DNA of 33,372 nucleotides. Source: a virus (lineage: Duplodnaviria > Caudoviricetes). Under the pieces are notes generated by a model. That model was not told the origin of the DNA. It saw only the letters and a list, made by a program, of their open reading frames with translations, and did not search any database. Both the position numbers and the translations under genes were made by a program. The DNA is taken from positions 1 through 33,372 of the IMG/VR virus record IMGVR_UViG_3300009508_000035, one strand, 5' to 3'. Positions 7,542-15,610 of this stretch are shown here, piece by piece. Position 1 is the stretch's first letter; each line of letters opens with the position of its first letter.

Positions 7542-7821
7542 AAACGAAATGCCGATTAAAATATTTGCTTGGATGGGTATGCAAGACAACGGTTCATGGG
7601 ATCGTATTGAGGGAATACAGGAAACAACCCAATACACCCGCACAGACTACATGCAAGCGCAGTTGGATGAGGTTATTAAATGTTTGGAATATTGCAAATT
7701 AAGAATAAGAAATTTAAGCTCCTACGCCTCTAATAAAGATTGGGAACATGACAATACTATATCTTTTCCTAAGATACAAAAACAACTAACCAAACTCAAA
7801 GAAATGCGGGGTGAAGTATGA
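7531..7821 (+). CDS. Hypothetical protein
   Basis: GAGG RBS; MPxxI...YTRxD pattern typical of small phage early ORFs. Confidence 0.7.
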   Translation: MTDKNEMPIKIFAWMGMQDNGSWDRIEGIQETTQYTRTDYMQAQLDEVIKCLEYCKLRIRNLSSYASNKDWEHDNTISFPKIQKQLTKLKEMRGEV

Positions 7822-8084
7822 AAATAAATATTGAAAAATTAAAAGAGGCTTTAGGTAATTACATGGGAATCAATAATGTGGTTAATTATTATAATAAGTA
7901 TAAAATTTATCCTGATCAAGTTATTCACGAAGCCGCTCGAGCATACGTTGATTTACCAGAGGAGATTGAGGGGATGAAGAAACTAATAACATATAAGATT
8001 GATGATTTTGGTATGGCTGGAGCCGACCCTGATGACTTAAATTACAACCAAGCCATTGACGACATCCTAAACCTTATCAAGTGA
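7818..8084 (+). CDS. Hypothetical protein
   Basis: ATGA coupling; C-terminal YNQAIDDI. Confidence 0.7.
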   Translation: MKINIEKLKEALGNYMGINNVVNYYNKYKIYPDQVIHEAARAYVDLPEEIEGMKKLITYKIDDFGMAGADPDDLNYNQAIDDILNLIK

Positions 8085-9810
8085 TATTGTATTGCGCCTT
8101 CATATAATCCATAATATCTGAAATAGATGGATCATTTACGGCATCATGAGATCCTGTTTTGACAAACGATCCGCCATAGGTATTAAACTCATTATCACCA
8201 AGATAGTACGTCCCACCATCACCAACTTTGATTAACCAGTCCGCCCTTGGATCAAAGGTTATGGCAGTTGAGTTGTTGACGTAAACCTCACCTTCCGTTG
8301 CGGAAATAACATTAATGAAAATACAGTAAGAGTTACCGGATACACTATTGGCAATAACCTTTGTATTTGTAATATCATCACGTTGTAAAATTATACGATC
8401 AACATTATCCTGATAAAGCCTTGCGTTGCCATAAACACCTGCCTCGCGCCCCATCTGCATGATTTGTCTTTGCTCTGCGGATATCGTTTCTTCCATTTGA
8501 ATTGTAAACCCAAGGAAGAACCCGCCCGACGGATCAAGTTTATCACCCGCTCCACGAATAAATGCGCCATCAACACTCGGCCTAAAACCGCCAACATTGT
8601 CAAAGGCGGTGGCATCATAAACCATTTCATAGCCATTTGCGCCTGCATCATAAAGTTCAAATTCACCGTTATTGATGGAGGCCATGGAGTCAAAATTATT
8701 GCCCGCGGTTGTGTTGCGAGCGTACAATTCAGGGCGCGAATAATAGGATAAATTCGTCAATCGTAAAATCGGGTCACTATCATCAATTGTGTTAGTGACT
8801 GTGATTTCTTCTTGAACCAATGGCAAGGTCAATGCCCCGTTTTCCTGCACTGTTTCTGGCACTAAACCAAGGTCAAACATTTGCCCATATGCTGTCTCTA
8901 GTGTTGGCGTTCCTGTATAGGGCGCACCACCATAAAGGCGGAATATGTTTGCATCCACGCGATCAATTGAGGCAAAATTGGTTGCGCCATCCAATCGGAA
9001 GAAGTCCAGACCTTCACCTGCGGTTGGTACGGTGATGTCATTTCCGCTGTCAAAATTAACAGTCACTTCAATACCGAGATTTGACACTTCCGCACTTGCA
9101 ATCGTCATGCCACGCGCAAGCTTGTTTTGAAGACCCAAAACATTGGCGATGCGGTAACTATCGCGCAAGGCCATTAATTGATATGTTTCAGGCGTTGGGT
9201 GGACATGATCAGATTGTGGTTCATCATAATAGGGGGGCAACAGATACACATTATCCAATTCCTCCGCAATCTCTGTTTGTAATTCGCGAATATCTTGTAA
9301 GGCCGTGGGGTAATTGACTGACCCGTCATTTACATACCGACCAATCGGGCGGATGTAGAAACGCTCTAATGAGGGAAAATCACTAAAAACAAGGTTTATT
9401 AAATCAATGAATGACGCCTTATATGGGGCTTTTGTATACCCCGCCTGTGCCTGTGCAAATTCAACAACATCATTGGCGCCAATGGTAAAATGAATATCAG
9501 TGATATCGGCCTTATTTGGAAACGTATCCCATAAAGAAATATATTTCGGGCCCTTGCCACCAGTATCCAAATCAACAAAATTGGCCAATCCCATACCGCC
9601 CTGCGCGCCGTCCGTGATTGTGGCCTCAATACCGCGGTCGGAAAGATACCCGATAAAGTCATCCTTGATTCCGTCCGTATCACCAAGCGCGTTGGCGATT
9701 GAATCACCACCGACCATCATGGTGATGTTAACCAACGATTTTTTTGATACCATGGAAATAGAAAGCCCCATGGCCAAGCCTTTATTAGATAATCCAGTAC
9801 TAAAATTCAT
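8077..9810 (-). CDS. SGNH/GDSL hydrolase + beta-sandwich (ConA/LamG-like) protein, probably virion-associated
   Basis: GDS (GGDSI), G (AQGG), GxND (IGAND) and DxxH (DHVHP) blocks; beta-rich C-terminus; last gene of the late operon. Confidence 0.75.
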   Translation of the reverse strand: MNFSTGLSNKGLAMGLSISMVSKKSLVNITMMVGGDSIANALGDTDGIKDDFIGYLSDRGIEATITDGAQGGMGLANFVDLDTGGKGPKYISLWDTFPNKADITDIHFTIGANDVVEFAQAQAGYTKAPYKASFIDLINLVFSDFPSLERFYIRPIGRYVNDGSVNYPTALQDIRELQTEIAEELDNVYLLPPYYDEPQSDHVHPTPETYQLMALRDSYRIANVLGLQNKLARGMTIASAEVSNLGIEVTVNFDSGNDITVPTAGEGLDFFRLDGATNFASIDRVDANIFRLYGGAPYTGTPTLETAYGQMFDLGLVPETVQENGALTLPLVQEEITVTNTIDDSDPILRLTNLSYYSRPELYARNTTAGNNFDSMASINNGEFELYDAGANGYEMVYDATAFDNVGGFRPSVDGAFIRGAGDKLDPSGGFFLGFTIQMEETISAEQRQIMQMGREAGVYGNARLYQDNVDRIILQRDDITNTKVIANSVSGNSYCIFINVISATEGEVYVNNSTAITFDPRADWLIKVGDGGTYYLGDNEFNTYGGSFVKTGSHDAVNDPSISDIMDYMKAQYNIT

Positions 9811-10069
9811 GTCCTAATAATCCTCTACAATCGTTTATAATCTTATCTTGTGACGCAGTATAAGCTTCCGCGTCTTGTTCCGTGCATGTACGGCTGAGCG
9901 CGCAAAGTGGGAGGTCAGGTTTTCTGATTTTTTCATAGGGATCATTAACGACTATTTCCTTGACTGTTGTGCAACCTGATAAGCAAATCACTATAATTAG
10001 GCAAAACAGGGTTAATTTCCCTCGGTTTTTCCGAGATATATTTTTGAGTTTCTTTGAAATTTTTATCAT
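9800..10069 (-). CDS. o-spanin (Rz1-like lipoprotein)
   Basis: Lipobox LSGC after a hydrophobic stretch; overlaps i-spanin in another frame; exact start uncertain. Confidence 0.75.
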   Translation of the reverse strand: MIKISKKLKNISRKNRGKLTLFCLIIVICLSGCTTVKEIVVNDPYEKIRKPDLPLCALSRTCTEQDAEAYTASQDKIINDCRGLLGHEF

Positions 10070-10256
10070 TGCTATTTATTACCTTTACCGCTTTTGTTTG
10101 CGCCTGGTGTCGAGCAGTTTTTTCTAATTGGGCATTTTCTGCATTTGCTATCTTTTTTCCCTGACTTATTCCCCACAGTCCCGCACCGAGTGACGTAACA
10201 GACAACAGCCCCGCCATTAACGACAACATTTGGAGATTCGAAATTATCCATTTCAT
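9945..10256 (-). CDS. i-spanin (Rz-like)
   Basis: N-terminal TM + helical periplasmic region, directly after endolysin. Confidence 0.75.
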   Translation of the reverse strand: MKWIISNLQMLSLMAGLLSVTSLGAGLWGISQGKKIANAENAQLEKTARHQAQTKAVKVINSNDKNFKETQKYISEKPREINPVLPNYSDLLIRLHNSQGNSR

Positions 10257-10723
10257 TCAATCCCCTCCATGCACATTTGATATTCGTCTATACGACGATT
10301 TGTAAGGCCTTGAATAACGCGTCCACCCGCACGATTCCAACGTAGAAGTTCTTCGCAGGCGCCTTCATAGTCACTGTTGTTTAATTTCTTTATAAGCGTT
10401 GAGCGACCCGCCGCGCCCAATCCTACGTTATATGCCCACGATGTTAGGGCGGCGTGATACTTGGCGGTCATTGGTACGGACACGAGACTATCCACACCCC
10501 GTGCAAATTCCAATACGCGTTTTTGTGTCATGTCATGGCATTGCTCGTCGGTTAAGTATTGCCCCTCGTAAACATTCTTTGTTTCGCCAGAGCATATAGT
10601 CCACACCGAGCCAAAAGCATCCCAATAGGCAAGATTTTCTTTACCTTCTTTTTTAATTATAAAAGGTGTTGCAATAAGGGTTGCTAGGAGCGCACCTCCT
10701 AAACATTTATTTTTAATATTCAT
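10253..10723 (-). CDS. Endolysin, GH24 lysozyme with probable SAR N-terminus
   Basis: EG...AYxD...WTIC.G.T catalytic region, YNVG, GLxxRR; Gly/Ala-rich N-terminal hydrophobic segment. Confidence 0.93.
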   Translation of the reverse strand: MNIKNKCLGGALLATLIATPFIIKKEGKENLAYWDAFGSVWTICSGETKNVYEGQYLTDEQCHDMTQKRVLEFARGVDSLVSVPMTAKYHAALTSWAYNVGLGAAGRSTLIKKLNNSDYEGACEELLRWNRAGGRVIQGLTNRRIDEYQMCMEGIE

Positions 10724-11079
10724 GCGGTGTTTTCCAATGCGTAAAGGTTGATATATCGCTTCAATCTCTCTCGATCATCATTTTTATTTAGAATTTCATT
10801 GATGCCTGCGTCAAAAAATTCTTGTTTCGCACTATCTAAAAGAAAATCAACATTCCCACCTGTAAATAGATAGGTTAAGCATTTTTCCTTTAATGTAATT
10901 TTTTTAAAGAACTCAATATTATATTCTGGCATATTCATGTCAAATATCCGAACATGATGTTTTTTACTTGATTCTAAATATTTTTTATATGTTGGGTAAT
11001 AAATGACATCATGCCCCTTTAAGAGTTTTTTTAGAATTAAGCCTTCAGCTTTATCATCATCAATAAGCGCAACCTTCAT
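10720..11079 (-). CDS. Single-domain response regulator (REC/CheY-like)
   Basis: LIDDD, FD47MNMP, FT73G, AG..I..K99; (beta/alpha)5 periodicity. Confidence 0.85.
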   Translation of the reverse strand: MKVALIDDDKAEGLILKKLLKGHDVIYYPTYKKYLESSKKHHVRIFDMNMPEYNIEFFKKITLKEKCLTYLFTGGNVDFLLDSAKQEFFDAGINEILNKNDDRERLKRYINLYALENTA

Positions 11080-11405
11080 AAAACCCCCTTTAGGTAATTC
11101 AGGGCGTAATCAAATGCGTACAGCAAGGTGAATAATATTCCACTCCACAACGTCCCTAATACCCATAAAGCCGTTTTTTTTGAGTTCTCAAGCCCTTGTA
11201 TTCTGTTATCAAGTTTTTCTATTTTATCGCGATGAACACCCAAATCTTTATCCATTTTTTTTTGATTAATATTCAAAATTGTCAAATCTTTTAGGAAATT
11301 ATCTTGATTTGTTTCTATTTTTTTTAAAGAGGCGTTGACACTTGTCAGGGTTCCGTTCAAGAGCCCAATTTTTTCTGATATAGCGTGAATATCTCCGTTT
11401 TTCAT
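11076..11405 (-). CDS. Coiled-coil protein with C-terminal TM (XhlA/holin-like)
   Basis: Heptad coiled coil, RIxxLE, then a TM helix; start moved to 11405 (ATGA overlap). Confidence 0.65.
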   Translation of the reverse strand: MKNGDIHAISEKIGLLNGTLTSVNASLKKIETNQDNFLKDLTILNINQKKMDKDLGVHRDKIEKLDNRIQGLENSKKTALWVLGTLWSGILFTLLYAFDYALNYLKGVL

Positions 11406-11971
11406 ATACTCAATCCCATTATAAACATTGTCATTCCGCCAGCCCAAAACTCACACCAAGGCAATCCCTTAGATTCATTTAACCCATATTCGTATAATGT
11501 ACCGCGCATAAATCCGGCGACCGGCACAAGAAAAAATGGGGCTAGGGTCATACCACATATCGAAAATAATAGCGCAACAGGAAGACCATATACTGAATAT
11601 CGAATACCCCACGCCAAACGCTTCCAACGCATTAGACCAAAGATGTCTTCTTTGCGTTCATCCATTACTAAAACTCGCGAACACAACCTATAGAACCATT
11701 TATGTTTTGCAGTTCGGACATCACGGCGGCCATTTGGAAATAATTCCCCCCAAATGCCCCATTGACGCAGTGATATGAACGAAATGGAGGAACCTATTAT
11801 TATGAGAGCGAACAACCAATCATAAACATTGTAGTTCATGTTGAACGCATAAAGAGCAGGCAAGGCAATTGCCGTAGTGCCTGCAAATTGACCTCGCATT
11901 TTATAGCCAGTGCCAAACCACCTATCCGCGTAAGCCATAATAATTGTTGATGCAAGAAGAGCCACTATCAT
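11402..11971 (-). CDS. Multi-pass membrane protein of unknown function
   Basis: Several hydrophobic segments; ATGA-coupled on both sides, between tail fibre module and lysis genes. Confidence 0.7.
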   Translation of the reverse strand: MIVALLASTIIMAYADRWFGTGYKMRGQFAGTTAIALPALYAFNMNYNVYDWLFALIIIGSSISFISLRQWGIWGELFPNGRRDVRTAKHKWFYRLCSRVLVMDERKEDIFGLMRWKRLAWGIRYSVYGLPVALLFSICGMTLAPFFLVPVAGFMRGTLYEYGLNESKGLPWCEFWAGGMTMFIMGLSI

Positions 11972-12375
11972 GCCATTAACAATCTTAATTCATCACGCCA
12001 AGCTTGACGTTCAGCCTTTAATGACCTCCAATCATTTGTTTCTTTTGCATCATAATCATCCGTAAATTTAAAATCAGTTTCTGATAGTGATTTTTGCAAT
12101 TCTGCAATTCTGGTTTGTTTTATAGTTTCTGGGGAGTTTAGATAATCATCCAATGCTTTGGCATCATCTGATTTTTTTTGGTTAAATAGATCAACAAAGG
12201 GTTTTGTATCAAAATTATCATCGAAATCTCCATCACCATTAATTTTAAGGATGTGTGTTTTTCCATCGATAGATTGAATAGCTTTAATATCCGAATATTC
12301 CGAAAGATCAAATCCCATAAGGCCTTCGCCCTCAATTTGAATAAATCCGTCTGGTATAATTACTGTAATTTCCAT
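11968..12375 (-). CDS. Tail fibre assembly chaperone-like protein
   Basis: C-terminal L..TD.....D...RQAWRD motif; follows tail fibre. Confidence 0.65.
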   Translation of the reverse strand: MEITVIIPDGFIQIEGEGLMGFDLSEYSDIKAIQSIDGKTHILKINGDGDFDDNFDTKPFVDLFNQKKSDDAKALDDYLNSPETIKQTRIAELQKSLSETDFKFTDDYDAKETNDWRSLKAERQAWRDELRLLMA

Positions 12376-12378
12376 TTT

Positions 12379-13164
12379 TTATGCTGTCCTTTTCCACATA
12401 TATACTACTTCATAAGGTTGAACGATTGAGAAAGCCGATCCGCTTCCTGACGACGCCACCGATTGAGAAAGCGTCAAATTAAATGTTGCTATTGATCCTG
12501 AATAAGCTGAATAGTTTCCGTTGGCACTAGCACCTGCGGCGTTGTTTTCTCTTAACGGGTGAGTGTGAGGGCCGTTGTTTGAGCTAGTAAATGTTTGTGT
12601 TAAGCTCCCGCCCGTTGCCCCTGCAGTTGGATAAGTTGAACCAACTCCAATAAGAACACGATCAACACCAATTGCGACCCAAGTTCCATAACCCAATAAT
12701 GTTTCAGGATTCGTTGAATCACTCGCATTCATATAGATTGAACCAATTGGAAGTTTAAAAGTAGCCTGCGTAAGTATCCCATCAATTGTAGCTTGGGGTA
12801 GGGTTACCGATCCACTAAAGGTTTGACCACCTTCCCATGTGTTATCGCTCTTGAGAGTCGGCCATCCCTCGGCCGGAATTGACAAACGTACATTACGGGT
12901 TCCAGACCCCCAATTAACTGCGGCATCACTATTTGAACTTTCTAGAATTGTATCTCGCGAGAGAGTGTCCGGTGATCCGGCTGATATCGTGCCTATTCCA
13001 ACTTCCCAATTTGCACCATCATCAATCACATAATAAGTTTCGTTTCCATCACCTATTCCCACTAAAAAAGATTGAAAACCAGAAACCGCACCCTCTAAAT
13101 TAAGCGCACCTGTTCCTTGGGTAGTTGATGTTTCAAATACCCGATCAGCTATTTTAAAAGCCAT
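12379..13164 (-). CDS. Tail fibre/baseplate protein
   Basis: ADRV.ET..T.GTG N-terminal domain; PIGSIY...NP...G.GTW...GG...QPY..VY.WKRTA C-terminal domain. Confidence 0.8.
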   Translation of the reverse strand: MAFKIADRVFETSTTQGTGALNLEGAVSGFQSFLVGIGDGNETYYVIDDGANWEVGIGTISAGSPDTLSRDTILESSNSDAAVNWGSGTRNVRLSIPAEGWPTLKSDNTWEGGQTFSGSVTLPQATIDGILTQATFKLPIGSIYMNASDSTNPETLLGYGTWVAIGVDRVLIGVGSTYPTAGATGGSLTQTFTSSNNGPHTHPLRENNAAGASANGNYSAYSGSIATFNLTLSQSVASSGSGSAFSIVQPYEVVYMWKRTA

Positions 13165-13166
13165 TA

Positions 13167-13937
13167 TTATATCTCCGTTATTGTGTATTGTTTTCTGTAA
13201 ATATTGTAGAAAGGGAGGTCGATAGGTTTGTTGTCTTCCATCGTTCCGTAAATGTATTTTCTTTGAAAATGCTTGGTTTCTTCAATGTCAAAAATGAATA
13301 AAACATCTTTTGATTGTCCCCGAATAGCGTCAAGATCAAATAAAACGTCAAATGCCTCATCTTCAGACAAAAAATCAAATAGAAAGCTAAAACGACGTAG
13401 TTTTTTTCGTTCTAATGGAATGCCTGCTCCTGAAATTGTTCTTTTTATTCGACTACTGTCGTGATGCCCAATTTCTGCTCCATAGGATGCATTTACTTCA
13501 GGAACAAAACACTTATCCATATATAATCGACCTACATCAATATAGCCCTTAGGATTTGTGCTATCGTCTATCTCAATTTTCCAATAACGATATGTTTGTT
13601 CTTCAGGTAATTTAACTGCAAATAGGTTTTTTTCGTACCCTAGATCCACACCATTTAGTAAGTCTAGGCCTGAAAGTGTATAATCAGAAACATCCTTTGT
13701 TGAACCAGCTTTAATTGTAATTGTTCCCGCAGAAGTTCCCGAATGCCCTATCAAGCCTATAAAATCTATTTCTGTGGCTTCTCCAAAATCAATGGAAATA
13801 AAAGTTTCATTTAATGTTGATCTCCAAAATCTAAAGAGTTGCATTTTTTTAAGTCGATCAATAGAGTTTGCCCCTAGTGCCATTGAACCTTCCAATATTG
13901 CAATATCACTCAAAGGTTTTGCTATAAGTATATTCAT
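13167..13937 (-). CDS. Minor tail (tip) protein
   Basis: Position; discoidin-like ID.G and YRYWKI motifs; start 13937 by ATGA overlap. Confidence 0.65.
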   Translation of the reverse strand: MNILIAKPLSDIAILEGSMALGANSIDRLKKMQLFRFWRSTLNETFISIDFGEATEIDFIGLIGHSGTSAGTITIKAGSTKDVSDYTLSGLDLLNGVDLGYEKNLFAVKLPEEQTYRYWKIEIDDSTNPKGYIDVGRLYMDKCFVPEVNASYGAEIGHHDSSRIKRTISGAGIPLERKKLRRFSFLFDFLSEDEAFDVLFDLDAIRGQSKDVLFIFDIEETKHFQRKYIYGTMEDNKPIDLPFYNIYRKQYTITEI

Positions 13938-15610
13938 CCCCATAACTCCAAAACTGTATCATTACTTTCGGCATCTTCTGAAATGCCAACTATTAAAAAT
14001 TTTTTGTTATTCAAATCGAATTTATTGATATTTAAATTTACAAAATCCCCAATAAAAATACGGAACATAAGATTTTGAACTTTAATGCGATAAACTTTTC
14101 TTTTTACTCCATACAAAGAATTCAGTTTGTTGAGCAAAGACAAGGCGTCGGATTCACTTTCAATATTTGAATTAAATTGTCTCTCAACAGCAGATGCCGT
14201 TTTTGCTCTTATATTACGATTTTCATTAATAACTGTTCTGTAATTTTCAACCGCAAATTCCTTTTGGGATGCGGATGCTCCCGCCGCCAATTCGTCAGAG
14301 TTTTGTATTGTCCAATTTCGTCCATAGCCTAATTTTATACGCCAAGCAGGTTCAATCACCTTTATGCATTCTATTTCATCAGCATTTACTTGGTTTTCAT
14401 CTATTTCAAAAACAGCGTTTGAGGGGGAGGAAATCACACCGCCGGTTAACTGTCCCCGCCTGTTAAATGTCCAGTAAATATGCATTGGCAATAGAAAACT
14501 ATCGAGAACATTTTTAAGATCTGTTTTATTTCCAATAAAAAAACCGCAGTCATAATTTAAAACAGAATCAATATGATTAAATGCCCCTTCATCCAGTGTG
14601 GAGGAATTGAAACTCTTAAAACCTAATTTGGTCTTAGCCAGCCGTTGTACAATGGCCCCCGCTTTTGATATATATCCACCGACATTATCTCCGTGTAAGT
14701 CGCAAGTAATTCTTCCTGCGGGGGTGCTTCCAAGTTTTATATATCCGCCGTTTAATTGCGTTCCGTATTTACCCGCAGGTATTGAAGCGACACTTATATC
14801 AGGGTAGTCGGCATCAAAGGTTAAATCGACGCCCCTATCAAAAACACTATCGATAGATTCAATAGAACCGTCATGAATTTGATAAATGTTTGTTGTCGCA
14901 TCAATTAATGTGGGCGTGACGTTTTTCAACACACCATAACAAAGAGGTTTAACATTTCCCTCAATATCTTGTCCGCCCTCTAAGCCTCCACTACCTTCAT
15001 ATAAATTTTGATCAAATTCTGTCTCTAAAATAGAGGCCTTATCACGAATATTAATCGTAACTTCTTCTTCGTCATACTCGATCTGGGAACTTAAACCATC
15101 AAAAATTTTCGAAAACTCATTTCGTGAAAACTCTACCCCTCCTGCATAAACAGATATATACCTACCGCCCCAGTAATAGTTTGTCAGATAATCAATCTCA
15201 TTATCTGAATTTGCAAGTCTAATAGCACCGAATGAAACACTTCCTCCCCTAAAATCATCACCATTTAATATTGAAACATCATATTGGTAAGGGTTGAGGG
15301 CTATTGGTTCATAAACAGTATTTGATGGGGTTTCATCTGGTTCGGTCACTAAACCACGATCAGAAAAATACAAGTTTTCAATCCCGCCAAAATAGTCATA
15401 CGAGAACTCACCTATTGAAACCGTAGAGACAGGAATAGGGAAAATTAATTTATTTTCTTTGTCCTCATTAAATGGTTGCATTTCAACTATGTATTTAAGA
15501 ACAACCTCTTCATTTTTAAGAAGTTCACTAAACACATCCGGTGTTGATAGATCGTCATTACTATTTATTTCCCCAAGCGCATATTCTGTTAGTGCTCCAT
15601 AACTTATCAT
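13934..15610 (-). CDS. Tail tip/hub protein
   Basis: Follows tape measure; Y.G.GG.EG...KP..YG...N..P motif. Confidence 0.7.
   Translation of the reverse strand: MISYGALTEYALGEINSNDDLSTPDVFSELLKNEEVVLKYIVEMQPFNEDKENKLIFPIPVSTVSIGEFSYDYFGGIENLYFSDRGLVTEPDETPSNTVYEPIALNPYQYDVSILNGDDFRGGSVSFGAIRLANSDNEIDYLTNYYWGGRYISVYAGGVEFSRNEFSKIFDGLSSQIEYDEEEVTINIRDKASILETEFDQNLYEGSGGLEGGQDIEGNVKPLCYGVLKNVTPTLIDATTNIYQIHDGSIESIDSVFDRGVDLTFDADYPDISVASIPAGKYGTQLNGGYIKLGSTPAGRITCDLHGDNVGGYISKAGAIVQRLAKTKLGFKSFNSSTLDEGAFNHIDSVLNYDCGFFIGNKTDLKNVLDSFLLPMHIYWTFNRRGQLTGGVISSPSNAVFEIDENQVNADEIECIKVIEPAWRIKLGYGRNWTIQNSDELAAGASASQKEFAVENYRTVINENRNIRAKTASAVERQFNSNIESESDALSLLNKLNSLYGVKRKVYRIKVQNLMFRIFIGDFVNLNINKFDLNNKKFLIVGISEDAESNDTVLELWG

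Noticed and set aside
8391-9817. Numerous short ORFs nested in or opposite the SGNH gene
   Set aside because: Shadow ORFs without RBS or motifs; the same applies to plus-strand ORFs across the structural operon
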